Assembly (NCBI GenBank): GCA_951406725.2
Contig: OX597840.1
Coordinates: forward strand, 30,070,001 to 30,134,000
Length of the DNA: 64,000 nucleotides
Direction of reading: 5' to 3'
Source of the DNA: Octopus vulgaris
Taxonomy: Eukaryota
Shown: positions 1 through 13,194 of the stretch, in pieces
Numbering within the stretch: position 1 is the first letter of the stretch
Layout of the letters: each line of letters begins with the position of its first letter
The notes under the pieces: generated by a model
The model's input: the letters and a program-made list of their open reading frames with translations, nothing else
Told to the model about the DNA's origin: nothing
Database searches by the model: none
Position numbers and translations under genes: made by a program

Positions 1-101
1 TATAAGAGAAGACACTTGTCCAAGCTGCTATGCAGGGGAACTGAAACCAGATCCATGTGGTTGGGAAGCAAGCTTCTTACCACATAGCCATGCCTGCACC
101 T
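1..101 (-). mobile_element. SINE family A, degenerate tRNA-like head
   Basis: Reverse complement resembles the family A head (gtggctgtgtggtaag...ttgggcaagtgtcttc) seen intact at 11024-11412. Confidence 0.75.
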
Positions 102-110
102 ATTATATTT

Positions 111-465
<355 letters not shown>

Positions 466-466
<1 letters not shown>

Positions 467-636
467 CTCCCATCATCACTTGGCAACTGGTGTTGCTATG
501 TTTACATCCCGTGACATAGCAGTTTGGCAAAAGGGATCAATAGAATATGTGCCATGCTTAAAAATAAAAGAGTATTGGGGTCGAATCTTCAAGACAATGC
601 TCCAGCATGGCCACAGTTTAATGACTGAAACAAATA
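466..636 (+). mobile_element. SINE family A 3' half, degenerate
   Basis: tgctccagcatggccacagtttaatgactgaaacaa matches the family A 3' end. Confidence 0.7.
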
Positions 637-2072
637 ATTGGAAAAAAAATGATGTAAGAAAAAAAAATAATAAAAGACAAACTAGACCGTATGCCATTTT
701 TCTAGTTCCAGATATTTGGGTTTAAAATGAAGAATGGTGAAATAATTGCAAGAAATATGGATTTATGCCATCAGAATAAAAACTGGTTTTTCTATTATTA
801 AACTGCAATTATGAGAGATCAGCTGAATATTTTCAAAGTTCCAGCAACTGCGCCTCCATATTTGATCATTTTGAAAATTCTATTTCGGTAGCATTCCATA
901 CACCTCTTACACAAGACAGTTTTAGAATTTTTCTTCTAAACTTCAGGAAATATTAAGCATCAGAGGCTAAAAACAGGATATGAGTCAAAGAAACGAAGCT
1001 ATATATGCCTGGTGGTTCTATAAATTACTGCTGAGTGACTTTGATTATGAAATATCCAAAAACAAAAGAAGTGAAGAATTTAACCAAAATATCTTTGCAC
1101 AAATGCAGCATTAATATGGCTGCTTAATTTAGCATGCTTGTTACAAACTTTGACTTTTCCCCACCTCCCACCACCTTTACTGCCTCATTATGTTTCCTCC
1201 TCCATCGTTCACCTCACACACTACTCACACCACCTACAATTGGTTCTGCCATTTGTTACTTCTTCAAACCCCGCCCCATCAACCGAACATTAATTCTTTA
1301 ATTTTTCCAGTTTTCATCTGAAATTCTGTAACCATAATGATAATTTTTCTACATAGCTTCTCTCTCTCTCTCTTCTTATCTCTATCGCTCTCCTTCCCTC
1401 TCTCTCTTCCTCTTTTTCTCTTTCTCACTCTCTCTTTTTCTTTTTCTCACTCACTTTTCTCTTTCACTCTTTCCCTCCAGGGAAGACGAGCAACAACTCA
1501 AAATATTAAATTTTTTCATTCCTCGCAGCTAATTATCTTACAGAACTCATTGGTTATGTCTCTCATTACATTTACTCATTTACTTATTTTAGTCACGAGA
1601 CTGTGGCCATGCTGGGGCAGCACACAAAGGGCTGTTTTAATCATTCAATCCACTCTTAACACAAAATTTTAAAATCTGATTCTTCTTTTAATGAAATTTA
1701 TTTATGTATCACTACATTTTAGTGCCTGAATACAGATACTATCAATAGTTTCTGAAGCGGTAAAAGAACTTGATGATAGATTTAGAAATACACACACACA
1801 CACACAAACACACACAAACACACACACACAAACACACATACACACACACATACGCACAAACATGTATGTGTGTATATATGTGACTATATATATACTTTTA
1901 GCGATTTCTTTTCCTTCTTTGGACATTTCTCCTTCTCCTCTCCAACAAAAAGCTGTACCCAAAATGTTAAAGATCTCTTTTTAACAAGTATCAAACTAAT
2001 ATATTACTTGTACACATCCTCATCATCATAATTTTATTATTCGTTTATTTGAATTGATTGTTTATTCAAACC

Positions 2073-2113
<41 letters not shown>

Positions 2114-2158
2114 TGTATGTATGTGTATATGTTTGTATGTGTATATATATATACACAT

Positions 2159-2325
2159 AGGTGCAGGAGTGGCTGTGTGGTAAGTAGCTTGTTTACCAAC
2201 CACATGGTCCGGGTTCAGTCCCACTGCGTGGCACCTTGGGCAAGTGTCTTCTACTATAGCCTCGAACCTACCAAAGCTTTGTGAGTGGATTTGGTAGACG
2301 GAAACTGAAATAAGCTCATCGTATA
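2159..2325 (+). mobile_element. SINE family A head (tRNA-derived, CORE-like)
   Basis: A-box-like tggctgtgtgg, B-box-like ggttcagtccc, CORE-like ccttgggcaagt. Confidence 0.85.
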
Positions 2326-2614
2326 TATGTATATATATGTGTGTGTGTGTGTGAGTTTTAAGTGCCTTAGCTGCTGGAGATAAGGTAGGCTGATGATCGT
2401 TTTTCAGGCAAAAACACATATGTGTGGCAGTCAGCTTATTTCCATCTAAACAACTGTCCTTTTACTAAATGCCTCAATAATATATATTCCTACAACTCAT
2501 GCTGGCATAGAAAAACAGATGTAAAAACGATCAAAAATATATATGTATATATTTGTATTTTAAAAATTTTTCTTAAGCCCTAGGATTCATAAAGTCATAT
2601 ATTCATTCATTTTT

Positions 2615-3012
2615 TTTCATTTACTTGTTTCAGTCATTTGACTGTGGCTATGCTGGAGCACCGCCTTTAGTCGAGGAAATCGACCCCAGGACTTATTCTT
2701 TGTAAGCCCAGTACTTATTCTATAAGTCTCTTTTGCCGAACCACTAAGTTACGGGGACATAAACACACCAGCATCGGTTGTCAAGCGATGTTGGGGAGGG
2801 GAGCAAACACAACACACAAACATACACATATATATATTCATACATACGACGGGCTTCTTTCAGTTTCCGTCTACCAAATCCACTCACAAGGCTTTGGTCA
2901 GCCCGAGGCTATAGTAAAAGACACTTGCCCAAGGTGCCACACAGTGGGAATGAACCCAGAACCATGTGGTTCGTAAGCAAGCTACTTACCACACAGCCAC
3001 TCCTACGCCTAT
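2615..3012 (-). mobile_element. SINE family A, full length
   Basis: Reverse complement of 11024-11412: head, internal TA/TG tract and tail. Confidence 0.9.
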
Positions 3013-3179
3013 ATATATATATATATATATATGTAATAATTACTATGAAGCAATGTGTAGAATATATTGTATATAGGATCATGAGTAAGGCCAGAACAAA
3101 GTGAAGTAATTATCATCATCATCATCTAATGTCCTTTTCCATGCTGACGGTTTGACTGACAAGTTGGACGGTTTGACAG

Positions 3180-3395
3180 TGTGTATTTGTGTGTCTGTGT
3201 TTGTTCTGCCCACCATTGCTTGACAACCGATCTTGGTGTGTTTATGTACCTGTAACTTAGCAGTTCAACAAAAGTGACTGATAGAATAAGTATTATGCTT
3301 ACAAAAATAAGTCCTGGGTTTGATTTGTTTGACTAAACGCAGTGCTCCAGCATGGCTGCAGTCAAATGGCTAAAATAAGTAAAAAAGTAAAAGAG
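3180..3395 (+). mobile_element. SINE family A 3' half
   Basis: gcttgacaaccga...gtgctccagcatggc...gtaaaagag. Confidence 0.8.
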
Positions 3396-3418
3396 TACAT
3401 GTATATATATATATATAA

Positions 3419-3667
3419 TGTTCCTTCTTGAGCCATGCCGGGCTCATAAGGGCCGGTTTCCTGGTTTCAGTGGCGTAGAAATTCCCCACCTGGACAGGAC
3501 GCCGGTCCATCGCAGCATTACTCATTTTTGCCAGATGAGTGGACTGGAGCAACATGAAGTGAAGTGTTTTACTCAAGAACACAACGTGTCACCCGGTCCA
3601 GGAATCGAAGCCACAACCTTATGATCATGAAGTTCAATACCCTAACCACTAAGCCATGCACCTCCAC
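3419..3667 (-). mobile_element. tRNA-derived SINE family G
   Basis: Minus strand gtggaggtgcatggcttagtggttaggg (A box), gcttcgattcc (B box), CORE-like gttgtgttcttgagtaaaacactt, then ctgcgatggaccggcgtcctgtccagg. Confidence 0.75.
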
Positions 3668-3825
3668 ATATATATATGTATACGTTTACATAAAAGCATT
3701 TCTATATAATAAAATGAATGGTTTACATCTGCAATTGATGCAAGATGTGTTGAAACAATTGTTGGGATTGAGAATAAATTATTGAATATTCCATCTTCTG
3801 TCTTTCATTAGCAAAAACATTTTCA

Positions 3826-3874
3826 TCTATATATGTATGTGTATATATTCATATATTCTCTCTCTTGCTTTCTT

Positions 3875-3951
<77 letters not shown>

Positions 3952-4123
3952 GTCTGTGTGTATATACGTATGTATGTACACACACACATATGTGTGTATA
4001 TATACATATACATATACATATATACATATATATACATATATATACATATACATATACATATACATATGTATATATATATATACATATATACATACATATA
4101 TGCACATATATGCACATATGTAC

Positions 4124-4160
<37 letters not shown>

Positions 4161-4175
4161 CATATATATATAAAA

Positions 4176-4248
<73 letters not shown>

Positions 4249-4250
4249 TC
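3826..4250. repeat. Compound (CT)/(TA)/(TG)/(TACA) microsatellite
   Basis: Direct reading. Confidence 0.95.
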
Positions 4251-4707
4251 CATCTGTCTCTTGAATATCATTCCTAATATGACTGTTCATCAGTAGAATG
4301 CTAAATAGTAGAAAATGGGTGTTATTAGACGCCATCAATTATTGGAACCGAAATGCAGTTGTCTAAGGAAATTTGATCTTATTTGCAGGCAGAAAATGGA
4401 GATTCCATTGGAAAGATTTATGGCACTGTCACTATTTGGTTCATATTGTGATGAATTGCACACTTCGGAAAACAAAAAAGAACAAAAAGGAAAACACAAA
4501 TGAAATGTTTCTTTTTTTAAGAGAGTGAGAAAGAGAAAGGGAGGCAAAGAAGGAGAGAGAGAGAGAGAGAGAGTCAGAGAGAGAGAGAGTCAGAGAGAGG
4601 AGAGGAGAGGAGAGAGGGAGAAAGGGAGAGAGACCAAGAAAGCAATGTAGTAATTCTTCATTACTATGCAAGGGGTATAGAAAGCGCTTCTATTATATAT
4701 ATATATA

Positions 4708-5220
4708 CTAGCAGTATTGCCTGGCGTTGCTCGGGTTTGTAAGGGAAATAACTATATAAGCATTTTTAGAGAGTTACTTCCCTTATAGATGCCAATTCGG
4801 GCTTTCTTAGCCATTTCTGTTTTGGTGTCTTCAAGCCATGAAGTCGTTGTTCTAAAAGAACGCTGGTCTCCTTGACAACGCTTTACGACGTTGATTTCCT
4901 TACACTCCCTTCCCCACAGCTTCACGAGGGAGGGAAGAAGGGGGAGAAGCAAACAGGTGCAGGTGTGACCATGGACGCCAACTCCGCCGTCATCAACACA
5001 CGAAAAATTATGCATTAAAATGGAATAAAAAATGATGTTAAATTATTTTTAAAATCGTAGACTCATTGTAGACGCGCGCTAATAGCCAGACGGGCTCGAT
5101 ATAAATCACGACTATAAGATACCCGAATTTGGTTAAACTGCACCGCAAAATGTGGGAGGAGTTAGGAATCTAAATCGTAGGAGACAGACACTCACACAAC
5201 TACAGTTTTATATATATAGA
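4708..5220 (-). mobile_element. Non-autonomous Helitron (about 513 bp)
   Basis: Minus strand starts TC, ends CTAG after a GC-rich subterminal hairpin, lies between A and T with no TSD; near-identical to 42814-43325. Confidence 0.85.
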
Positions 5221-5286
5221 TACATACATATATGATAGATTGGTAGTCACTACACACATTTTTTCTCGCCTTGTTTCTTAGTGTTC

Positions 5287-5322
5287 CTTTCTGCAGAAGA
5301 GCGTAGGCTCGAAACGTTAAAG
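5287..5322 (+). ncRNA. Hammerhead-like motif with variant core, in dispersed repeat family F (about 5245-5420)
   Basis: cttt CTGCAGA a gagc-gtag-gctc GAAA cg TT aaag: stems I and II pair, stem III ACGT palindrome, core position 6 non-canonical. Confidence 0.5.
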
Positions 5323-5417
5323 ACTTTTTCAATTCCCGAGTGTTATACTAATACATCTGTTTGTTTTCTACACCACCTGTCTTCATCGTTTGTTTTTTTC
5401 ATGAATTCTCCCTCATC

Positions 5418-5460
<43 letters not shown>

Positions 5461-5465
<5 letters not shown>

Positions 5466-5721
5466 CAATAATAATAAAGGGTAAAATTAATTAATTAACT
5501 AGTAATTAAAAACTCCACCAAGTAGAATTCTGCATGTTAAAAGGACTATTTTTTGGTAAACTTAAACAATATTTTATAATTACGAGTATAATTATAATTA
5601 GGGTTCAGCAAAAATTTGCCTTACCACATACTGAACTTTAGAAATAGCTGCTATTTCTAAAGTTCAGTATGTGGTAAAGAAAATCTTTGCTGAACCCTAA
5701 TTATAATTATACTCGTAATTA

Positions 5722-5729
<8 letters not shown>
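5461..5729. mobile_element. (TA)n-flanked foldback element, arms 5569-5648 and 5650-5729
   Basis: About 80-bp inverted arms with a 1-nt loop; related copies at 42541-42798 and 59885-60073. Confidence 0.75.
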
Positions 5730-5757
<28 letters not shown>

Positions 5758-5823
5758 TCACATACATACATACATACATATATATATATAAAAGTATATA
5801 TATATATATATATACTCACATAC

Positions 5824-5864
<41 letters not shown>

Positions 5865-5865
<1 letters not shown>

Positions 5866-6134
5866 CGGCTAGAGTTTAATTTCACTTCATAAATTGAAAC
5901 TGATTTGAAAATCGGAAATCCACCTGAAGATTGTCGTTCAAGACATGAAACAATTGTAGTGGCGTTTTTTTTTACTTTTTATTAAAATTTTATGTATTGA
6001 TTAAGTCTTTCCTTGTTTGTTTTGCAAAATAGTGGTTTTGTCTCTAATTAATATTATATAATATTTTACTATAAAATTGGATTTAATCCTAAATCTGATT
6101 TTTTCCCTGTAATTTTGGATTTATTCCCTAATAT

Positions 6135-6148
<14 letters not shown>
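5865..6148 (+). mobile_element. Hammerhead-bearing Penelope-like pseudo-LTR fragment between (TA)n tracts
   Basis: Contains the 5920 hammerhead; its 3' part (ttttccctgtaa..ttggatttattccctaatatt) recurs near 20550-20790 (-), 23720-23870, 34720-34880 and 49680-49897. Confidence 0.6.
5920..5962 (+). ncRNA. Minimal type I hammerhead ribozyme
   Basis: ccac CTGAAGA t tgtc-gttcaa-gaca t GAAA caattg TA gtgg: intact core, stem I ccac/gtgg, palindromic stem III, GUA triplet. Confidence 0.75.
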
Positions 6149-6165
<17 letters not shown>

Positions 6166-6371
6166 TATAGACAGATAGATAATAGATAGATAGATAGGTT
6201 TAAGTTAAGAGACAGAATCACCCTCAAGCAACTCAATCATCATTGAATGATATTATCCACAATAGGTACATATAGGACTAAATAAATATTAAAATTATCA
6301 AATTTAATACCTACAATTCTTATTCCAAATTAGCAAAATTAATACCTTCAATTCTTATTTCAAATCATATA

Positions 6372-6480
6372 CTTTACTAAGCATGTTTCATGACAGCATA
6401 TTCCTCGATATTGCTGAAATAGAATGTCTCTAAATACAATACCATATTAAAATGATTATATTGCCAATCTTCAGGTCTAG
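6372..6480 (-). ncRNA. Degenerate hammerhead motif with long stem II
   Basis: Minus strand ac CTGAAGA t tggca...tgtca t GAAA catgct TA gt; stems I and III imperfect. Confidence 0.4.
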
Positions 6481-6931
6481 CATATTTGAACTTATCTTGC
6501 TATTTACATCGTATATATTAAGACATGACAAACTGAAATTATATAACTAGAAGTTGTTGGAATAATTTTACTTTAGTAAATAATGAACAGAAATGTGGAA
6601 TAAAAGTAGGAAAAAGAAATGCTAACTTATATGTATGGTAATTTTCTCTCCATGAATTAAACATGGCTACCAGCAATCGTATAATCCAACATTGAGAGCT
6701 ACATTATAGGGGAGGTAATTCTTATTAACATTTAAAAGTTCTTAAAAGGTATTTTCTATTATATATATCTGACTTTGTGAATGACATGTATGTGTGGTTA
6801 TGTGTAAGTATACTTTTATTCATCACTGTATATCAGTATTTAAATATGAGCCAAGGTGGTGCCACAGCATGGCCACAGTCCAATGACTAAAACAAGTAAA
6901 AGATAACAGGTGAAAGATATATATATATATA

Positions 6932-7821
<890 letters not shown>

Positions 7822-7942
7822 TACCTATGTATGAAGGCAGGTATATTTGAATGATTTTGTTTGTGTTAATGTATCTGTTTTATTCTCTCTCTATCCACTA
7901 TCGAGCTTATTGCATCTCACGTATTTGGCAGTGATTAAGATA

Positions 7943-7984
<42 letters not shown>

Positions 7985-9547
7985 CATTAGTGTGTCTGTA
8001 TCTGAAAGCATGAATTTCTATGCTTAAATTTAAATGTTTTTTATCATAACCAGATTCTCTTAATCGACAACCAGTTGAATCAACAAACTTCGCATTTCTT
8101 CTTTTTCTACATTATTAGTATCATTGCTGTTGTTATTATTATTATTTTTGTTGCTGTTGTTATTATTATTATTATTATCAAATATATGTTGTTATTTAAT
8201 TATTTGTTTTTAGTAAAATTTTGTAGTCTTTCTTAATATGAAGACACCATCAGGAACATACAATTTTAAAAATTCCTAAAAAAAATCTGTTTAAAACATT
8301 TTAAAGCAAAATAAAAATGGTTTGGGGAAATAGAATTAACGCAAAAAAGAAAAGAACGGAAAAAGAAAAACAAACAAGTAAAAAGAAAGAAAGAATGAAA
8401 GAAAGGAAGAACAAGATTTTGGAAAAGAAAATCCTTATTCAAATTTGATTTAGTTTTTAATGGGTTTTTTATTTTTATTTTTTGTCCTCCAGTATAGAAA
8501 TCCACTTGAAACACTTGACCAATATAGAAAAATTTATTCTATTCAATGGCCATCCAAAAAAATTCCTCAAGAAAACTGATTCCTTAGGAAACCATCCTGA
8601 GGAAACAAATTACACGGAGAGTAAATAATATTTTGTTTACTCCGAGCTATTGCAACTGTATCTAATAAAATATGCCACAGTTCTCATGGGGTAGAGACGG
8701 GGGGGACCTCATTCTTTCTTTCCTTCTTGCTTTCTTTTCTTGTTTATTAAATAACGAAACGGTAAAGCATTGATAACTGGAAATTAATTTATAATCCGTC
8801 TAAACTCTTCGTAGTCCATCTGCAAAGAAGTCAGAATTTATTTTCAGTTAATGCTATTAAATTAAAGATATATAGAATGGCAAATTGGTCTCTCACAGCT
8901 TTGGTTGTTCTTTTAAACTCGGAGATTTCTCTGTGATTAATATGTTGTTACCGTACAAGCAGTATTATCAAAGTAAGACAGAATTTTTGGAATTAATCAA
9001 CACTAGTTGTTATTGCATTCACAGAACTACAAAGCTTGTTATTCTTACTTTTTCCCCAAAAATATTTTATCGATGTCATGGCTGTGTAGTTAAATAAATC
9101 GTTTTACAACCACGTGTGTGGTTTTGGGCTCACTTCCATTGTGTGGCACCATTGGCAATTATTTTCTGCAATGATTTTGCAAGGATGTGGATTTTGTTGA
9201 TGGAAACTGTAGGAAGCCCTTTATATATATATATATATATATATATTTAACAATTAAGGATAACTTCTTAATAAGGAATCTTAACAAGAAATTATCAGGT
9301 AGTTAGCGTGAAAACCTCATAAAAGAAAAGAATTTGAAAATAATTTTTTTCTTTTGAACAAATTAATTATATCTATATTGTATAGAGGGCATTATTACAC
9401 ATAAATGCCTCACACTAAGAGGGACAAAGTCATTACTACCAAAATTACACTAATCATACCTAAATACAGTTCTTCAAAGCAAGACATTTAAAAAATGAAT
9501 TTAGTTCTGTATCACCGTGATATATATATATATATATATATATCAAC

Positions 9548-9650
9548 ATCATCATCATCATCATCGTTTAAAGTTCGTTTTTCATACTAGTATGGGTTGG
9601 ACGGTTCGACTGGAGTCTGGGAAGCCAGGAGGCTGCACCAGGCTACAGTC
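9548..9650 (-). mobile_element. RTE LINE 3'-end fragment with (GAT)n tail
   Basis: Reverse complement of the 3' terminus of the LINE at 53491-55706. Confidence 0.8.
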
Positions 9651-10059
9651 ATTATAGGTACATTACAGATAAATATACTGAATTGGTCTATTGATCAATA
9701 GAGGTAAATTGAATGACCTAAGAAAATTAATGCTACTTTCGTCAAAGTCATTTCTAGAAATGTGTGTGTGTATGTGTATGTGTGTGTGTGTGTGTATGTG
9801 TGTGCATATGCATGTGTGTGACTGTGTGTGTGTGCTTGTGTGTGTTCACGTGTGTGTGTTGTGTGTGTGTGCTCCTGTTCTGACAATATATGATGATTCT
9901 AAACGAGTGTCTCTCCCTGTCATACAAGCAATGTTATTTGTTTCGAGTCTTTTACTTCGGGTTAGCAACAGGAAGGGCATCCAGCCCATTGAATATTTGC
10001 CTCAAAAATTTCCATCTGACCCATGCAAACATTGAAAAGTAGACGTTAAAACAACTAAG

Positions 10060-10348
10060 ATGATGAGGAAGAGGAGGCGGTGGATGCTGTTGATGATGAT
10101 GTAGATGATGACGACGACGACAATGATTAAGATGATGACAACGATGACAATAATCATGATGATGATGACAGTGATGATGATGATGATGATCATCATCATC
10201 ATCGGGAGGTGGAAGAGGAGGATAATGAGGATGATGATGTTGATGACAATGATGACAACGATGATGATGATAACGATGACAATGATCATGATGAAAATGA
10301 CAGTGATGATGATGATGAGGAGGATGATGATGATGATGATGATGATGA
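10060..10348. repeat. Degenerate (GAT)n tract following an RTE-type 3' end (9955-10060)
   Basis: ggaagggcatccagc...cccatgc...gacgttaaa precedes the tract. Confidence 0.8.
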
Positions 10349-11023
10349 CAGAAGCCAAAGCTACATTAACCTATATTGAACCACTAAGCTATATAAAGCT
10401 ATATTCATTACTGAAACTGACGAAGATCCATTTTCAATTTTAATTATACTCCATTATACATTTATATTATGCAAATCAGGCTGCTTAACAGATCAATAAT
10501 CAATACATATTGTAAATATACCCTCACGTGATAGCATTCATATTCTGGGAGATTAAAATTTTATATTGCAACATTGATTATACATTTTTAGCTCTTTTTC
10601 CCCTCTTTCACATTTTCTATTTAATTTCTGCGATTCCAATCCGCTCTTTAACCCTTCGATTGCCATATTTTAATCAAATATACTCCCCATGTGTGTTTCT
10701 ATTAATTATTGAAATTACCATGAATTTAATTACGTTTAATAAAAATAATTAACTTTTACGTTAATTTCCATATATGGTTAAGTGTTTAGAACCTAACGCG
10801 TGAAAAGTGGGTTTAGACATAGCTGGGTGTGTGTATCTGTGTTGTGTGGGGGGTTTAAAACATTGATTCAATTGCTGTGTTGGGTTTAGGGTTTAGCACC
10901 ACTGTGTGGTGGTAGTTTGCACAAGAGTTTTCAGTTACAGCATTGGAACTCAACTGGTGTCCATATGACCCTTCGGGGTCACTATAAGATTTTGTAGAAA
11001 TTTATATGCAATAAATTGATTAT

Positions 11024-11412
11024 AGGCATAGGAGTGGCTGTGTGGTAAGTAGCTTGCTTACCAACCACATGGTTCCGGGTTCAGTCCCACTGCGTGGCAC
11101 CTTGGGCAAGTGTCTTCTACTATAGTCTTGGGCCGACCAAAGCCTTGTGAGTGGATTTGGTAGACGGAAACTGAAAAGAAGCCTGTCGTATATATGTCTA
11201 TATATATATGCGCGTGTGTGTTTGTCCCCCTAGCATTGCTTGACAACCGATGCTGGTGTGTTTATGTCCCCGTTACTTAGCGGTTCAGCAAAAGAGACTG
11301 ATAGAATAAGTACTGGGCTTACAAAAAGAATAAGTCCTGAGGTCGAGTTGCTCGATTAAAGGCGGTGCTCCAGCATGGCCGCAGTCAAATGACTGAAACA
11401 AGTAAAAGAGTA
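11024..11412 (+). mobile_element. SINE family A, full length
   Basis: tRNA-like head, CORE-like segment, internal TA/TG tract, tail ending gaaacaagtaaaagag. Confidence 0.9.
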
Positions 11413-11507
11413 ATACTTTTATAATACACAGAATAATCTAAAAACTTTTTTATTCTAAAATTCCTAATGATATTGAAGCCTTTAGCATTCAGATTTCTCA
11501 GTTAAAT

Positions 11508-11910
11508 CATCATCATCATCATCGTTTAACATCCGTTCTCCATGCTAGCATGGGTTTGACGGTTCGGCCGGGGATCTGGGAAGCCAGAAGGCTGCACCAG
11601 GCTCCAGTCTTATCTGGCAATGTTTCTACAGCTGGATGCCCTTCCTAACGCCAACCACTCCGTGAGTGTAGTGGGTGCTTTTTACGTGCCACCTGCACAG
11701 GTGCCAGGCAAGGCTGGCGATGGCCACGGTCGGATTGGTGCAATTTACGTGCCACCGGCACGGAAGCCAGTCGAGGCGGCGCTGGCATCGGCCACGATTC
11801 GGATAGTGCTTTTTACATACCACCAGTCCAGGGGTCCTGGCATCTGCCGGGTACCAGTCATAGGATTGGTTCAATTTCGATTCCGATTTCGATTTCGATT
11901 TCGATTTCGA
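11508..11910 (-). mobile_element. 5'-truncated RTE LINE (3' UTR only) with 12-bp TSD
   Basis: Homologous to 55140-55706; TSD tctcagttaaat at 11496-11507 and 11911-11922. Confidence 0.88.
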
Positions 11911-12066
11911 TCTCAGTTAAATGTAACGTTTATTTATTCACATTGATCTGAATTAGTCATGCATAACCGTGTAGTTATGAGATTTTGGTGATGTGATCGT
12001 CTATTTTTAGAATAATATTGTAGGGTAAGTGTGAGAGGCCAAATCTGGCCAGTTGGAAGATGAAAC
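11911..12066 (+). mobile_element. MITE fragment, possibly piggyBac-like, split by the LINE
   Basis: Similar to 44670-44793, which ends ctaaagagTTAA; left part cctttagcattcag at about 11479. Confidence 0.45.
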
Positions 12067-12261
12067 CCTGGGATATCATTCTCTTCTGATCCTTTCCCTC
12101 ATCACTAAATTTTTGATTCGGTCCCCTCCAAATACCCCTAGGCATTTGTAGCTCTCTGCTGGATCTAATTCCTTTATGACATTCTGCTGGTCAAGATTAA
12201 CATTGAATGTTTCTGTCAGTTTTCCTTTTGCTAAAGGTAGCTTTTGCACATTTACCTATTC

Positions 12262-12705
12262 ATCATCATCATCATAATCGTTTAACATCCGCTTTCCATG
12301 CTAGCATGGGTTGGACGGTTTTGACTGAGGGCTGGCAACCAGATGGCTGCACCGGGCTCCAGTCTTGATCTGGCAGTGTTTCTACAGCTGGATGCTCTTC
12401 CTAACGCCAACCACTCCGAGAGTGTAGTGGGTGCTTTTTACGTGCCACCTGCACGGGGGCCAGTCAGGCAGTACTGGCAATGACCTCGCTTGAATCTTTT
12501 TACACGTGCCACTGACACAGGTGCCAGTGAAGCGACGTTGGTAACGATCACGCTCGAATGGTGCCCTTTTATTGCCACAGGTATGGAAGCCAGTTGGCTG
12601 CTCTGGCAACAATCACAATGATCACGCTCGGATTGTGTTCTTGGCACCCTACTTAGCACAGGCACAAGTGCCAGTAAGGCGACACTGGTAACGATCATAC
12701 TTGAA
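12262..12705 (-). mobile_element. RTE LINE 3' UTR, second subfamily
   Basis: (CAT)n tail, ccatgctagcatgg, cagctggatgctcttcc, repeated gtgccac..gcac units. Confidence 0.85.
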
Positions 12706-12751
12706 TAGCCTCTCTGTCACCGATCACCCTCGTATGGTGCTCTTTGCATTA

Positions 12752-12786
<35 letters not shown>

Positions 12787-12807
12787 GTTATTGTTATTAT
12801 TATTATT

Positions 12808-13047
12808 CTCTGTTTGACTTTTGCTTTATATTTGTACAAGTTGGCTCCAAGTCTCACCCAGAGACCCCAAGAGACAACAGGTTGGAAGTTCACGTTGTTG
12901 TTATGCCTAGGGTGCCATATACTTGGTTGTTTTTTTTTGGTGTTATACTAGTGGGTGTCTAAACAAAAAAATTTTTTTTAATTATGTTTGTTTTAAACCT
13001 TGAGATTACATAGAAAGTATTTTGCGTAGGATATGAGCAGTTCCCAT
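12808..13047 (-). mobile_element. R4/Dong-type non-LTR retrotransposon 3' end
   Basis: Minus strand encodes MGTAHILRKILSM*, then a 3' UTR running into (TAA)n. Confidence 0.65.
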
Positions 13048-13118
13048 TATCATTATTATTTTTATTATTTTTTTAATTATTATTATCATCATCATCATCA
13101 TCATTATTATTATCATCG

Positions 13119-13152
<34 letters not shown>

Positions 13153-13160
13153 TATTATTA

Positions 13161-13194
<34 letters not shown>

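Noticed and set aside
1440-1530. Splice acceptor (pyrimidine tract, cag|g at 1480)
   Set aside because: The pyrimidine tract is a CT microsatellite; no convincing donor or coding frame follows
4752-5015. 87-aa ORF also present at 43019-43282
   Set aside because: Shared only because both lie in near-identical Helitron copies; no RepHel or other motif
10882-10896. Telomere-like gggtttagggtttag
   Set aside because: Only two units, and not the TTAGGG array expected of an animal telomere
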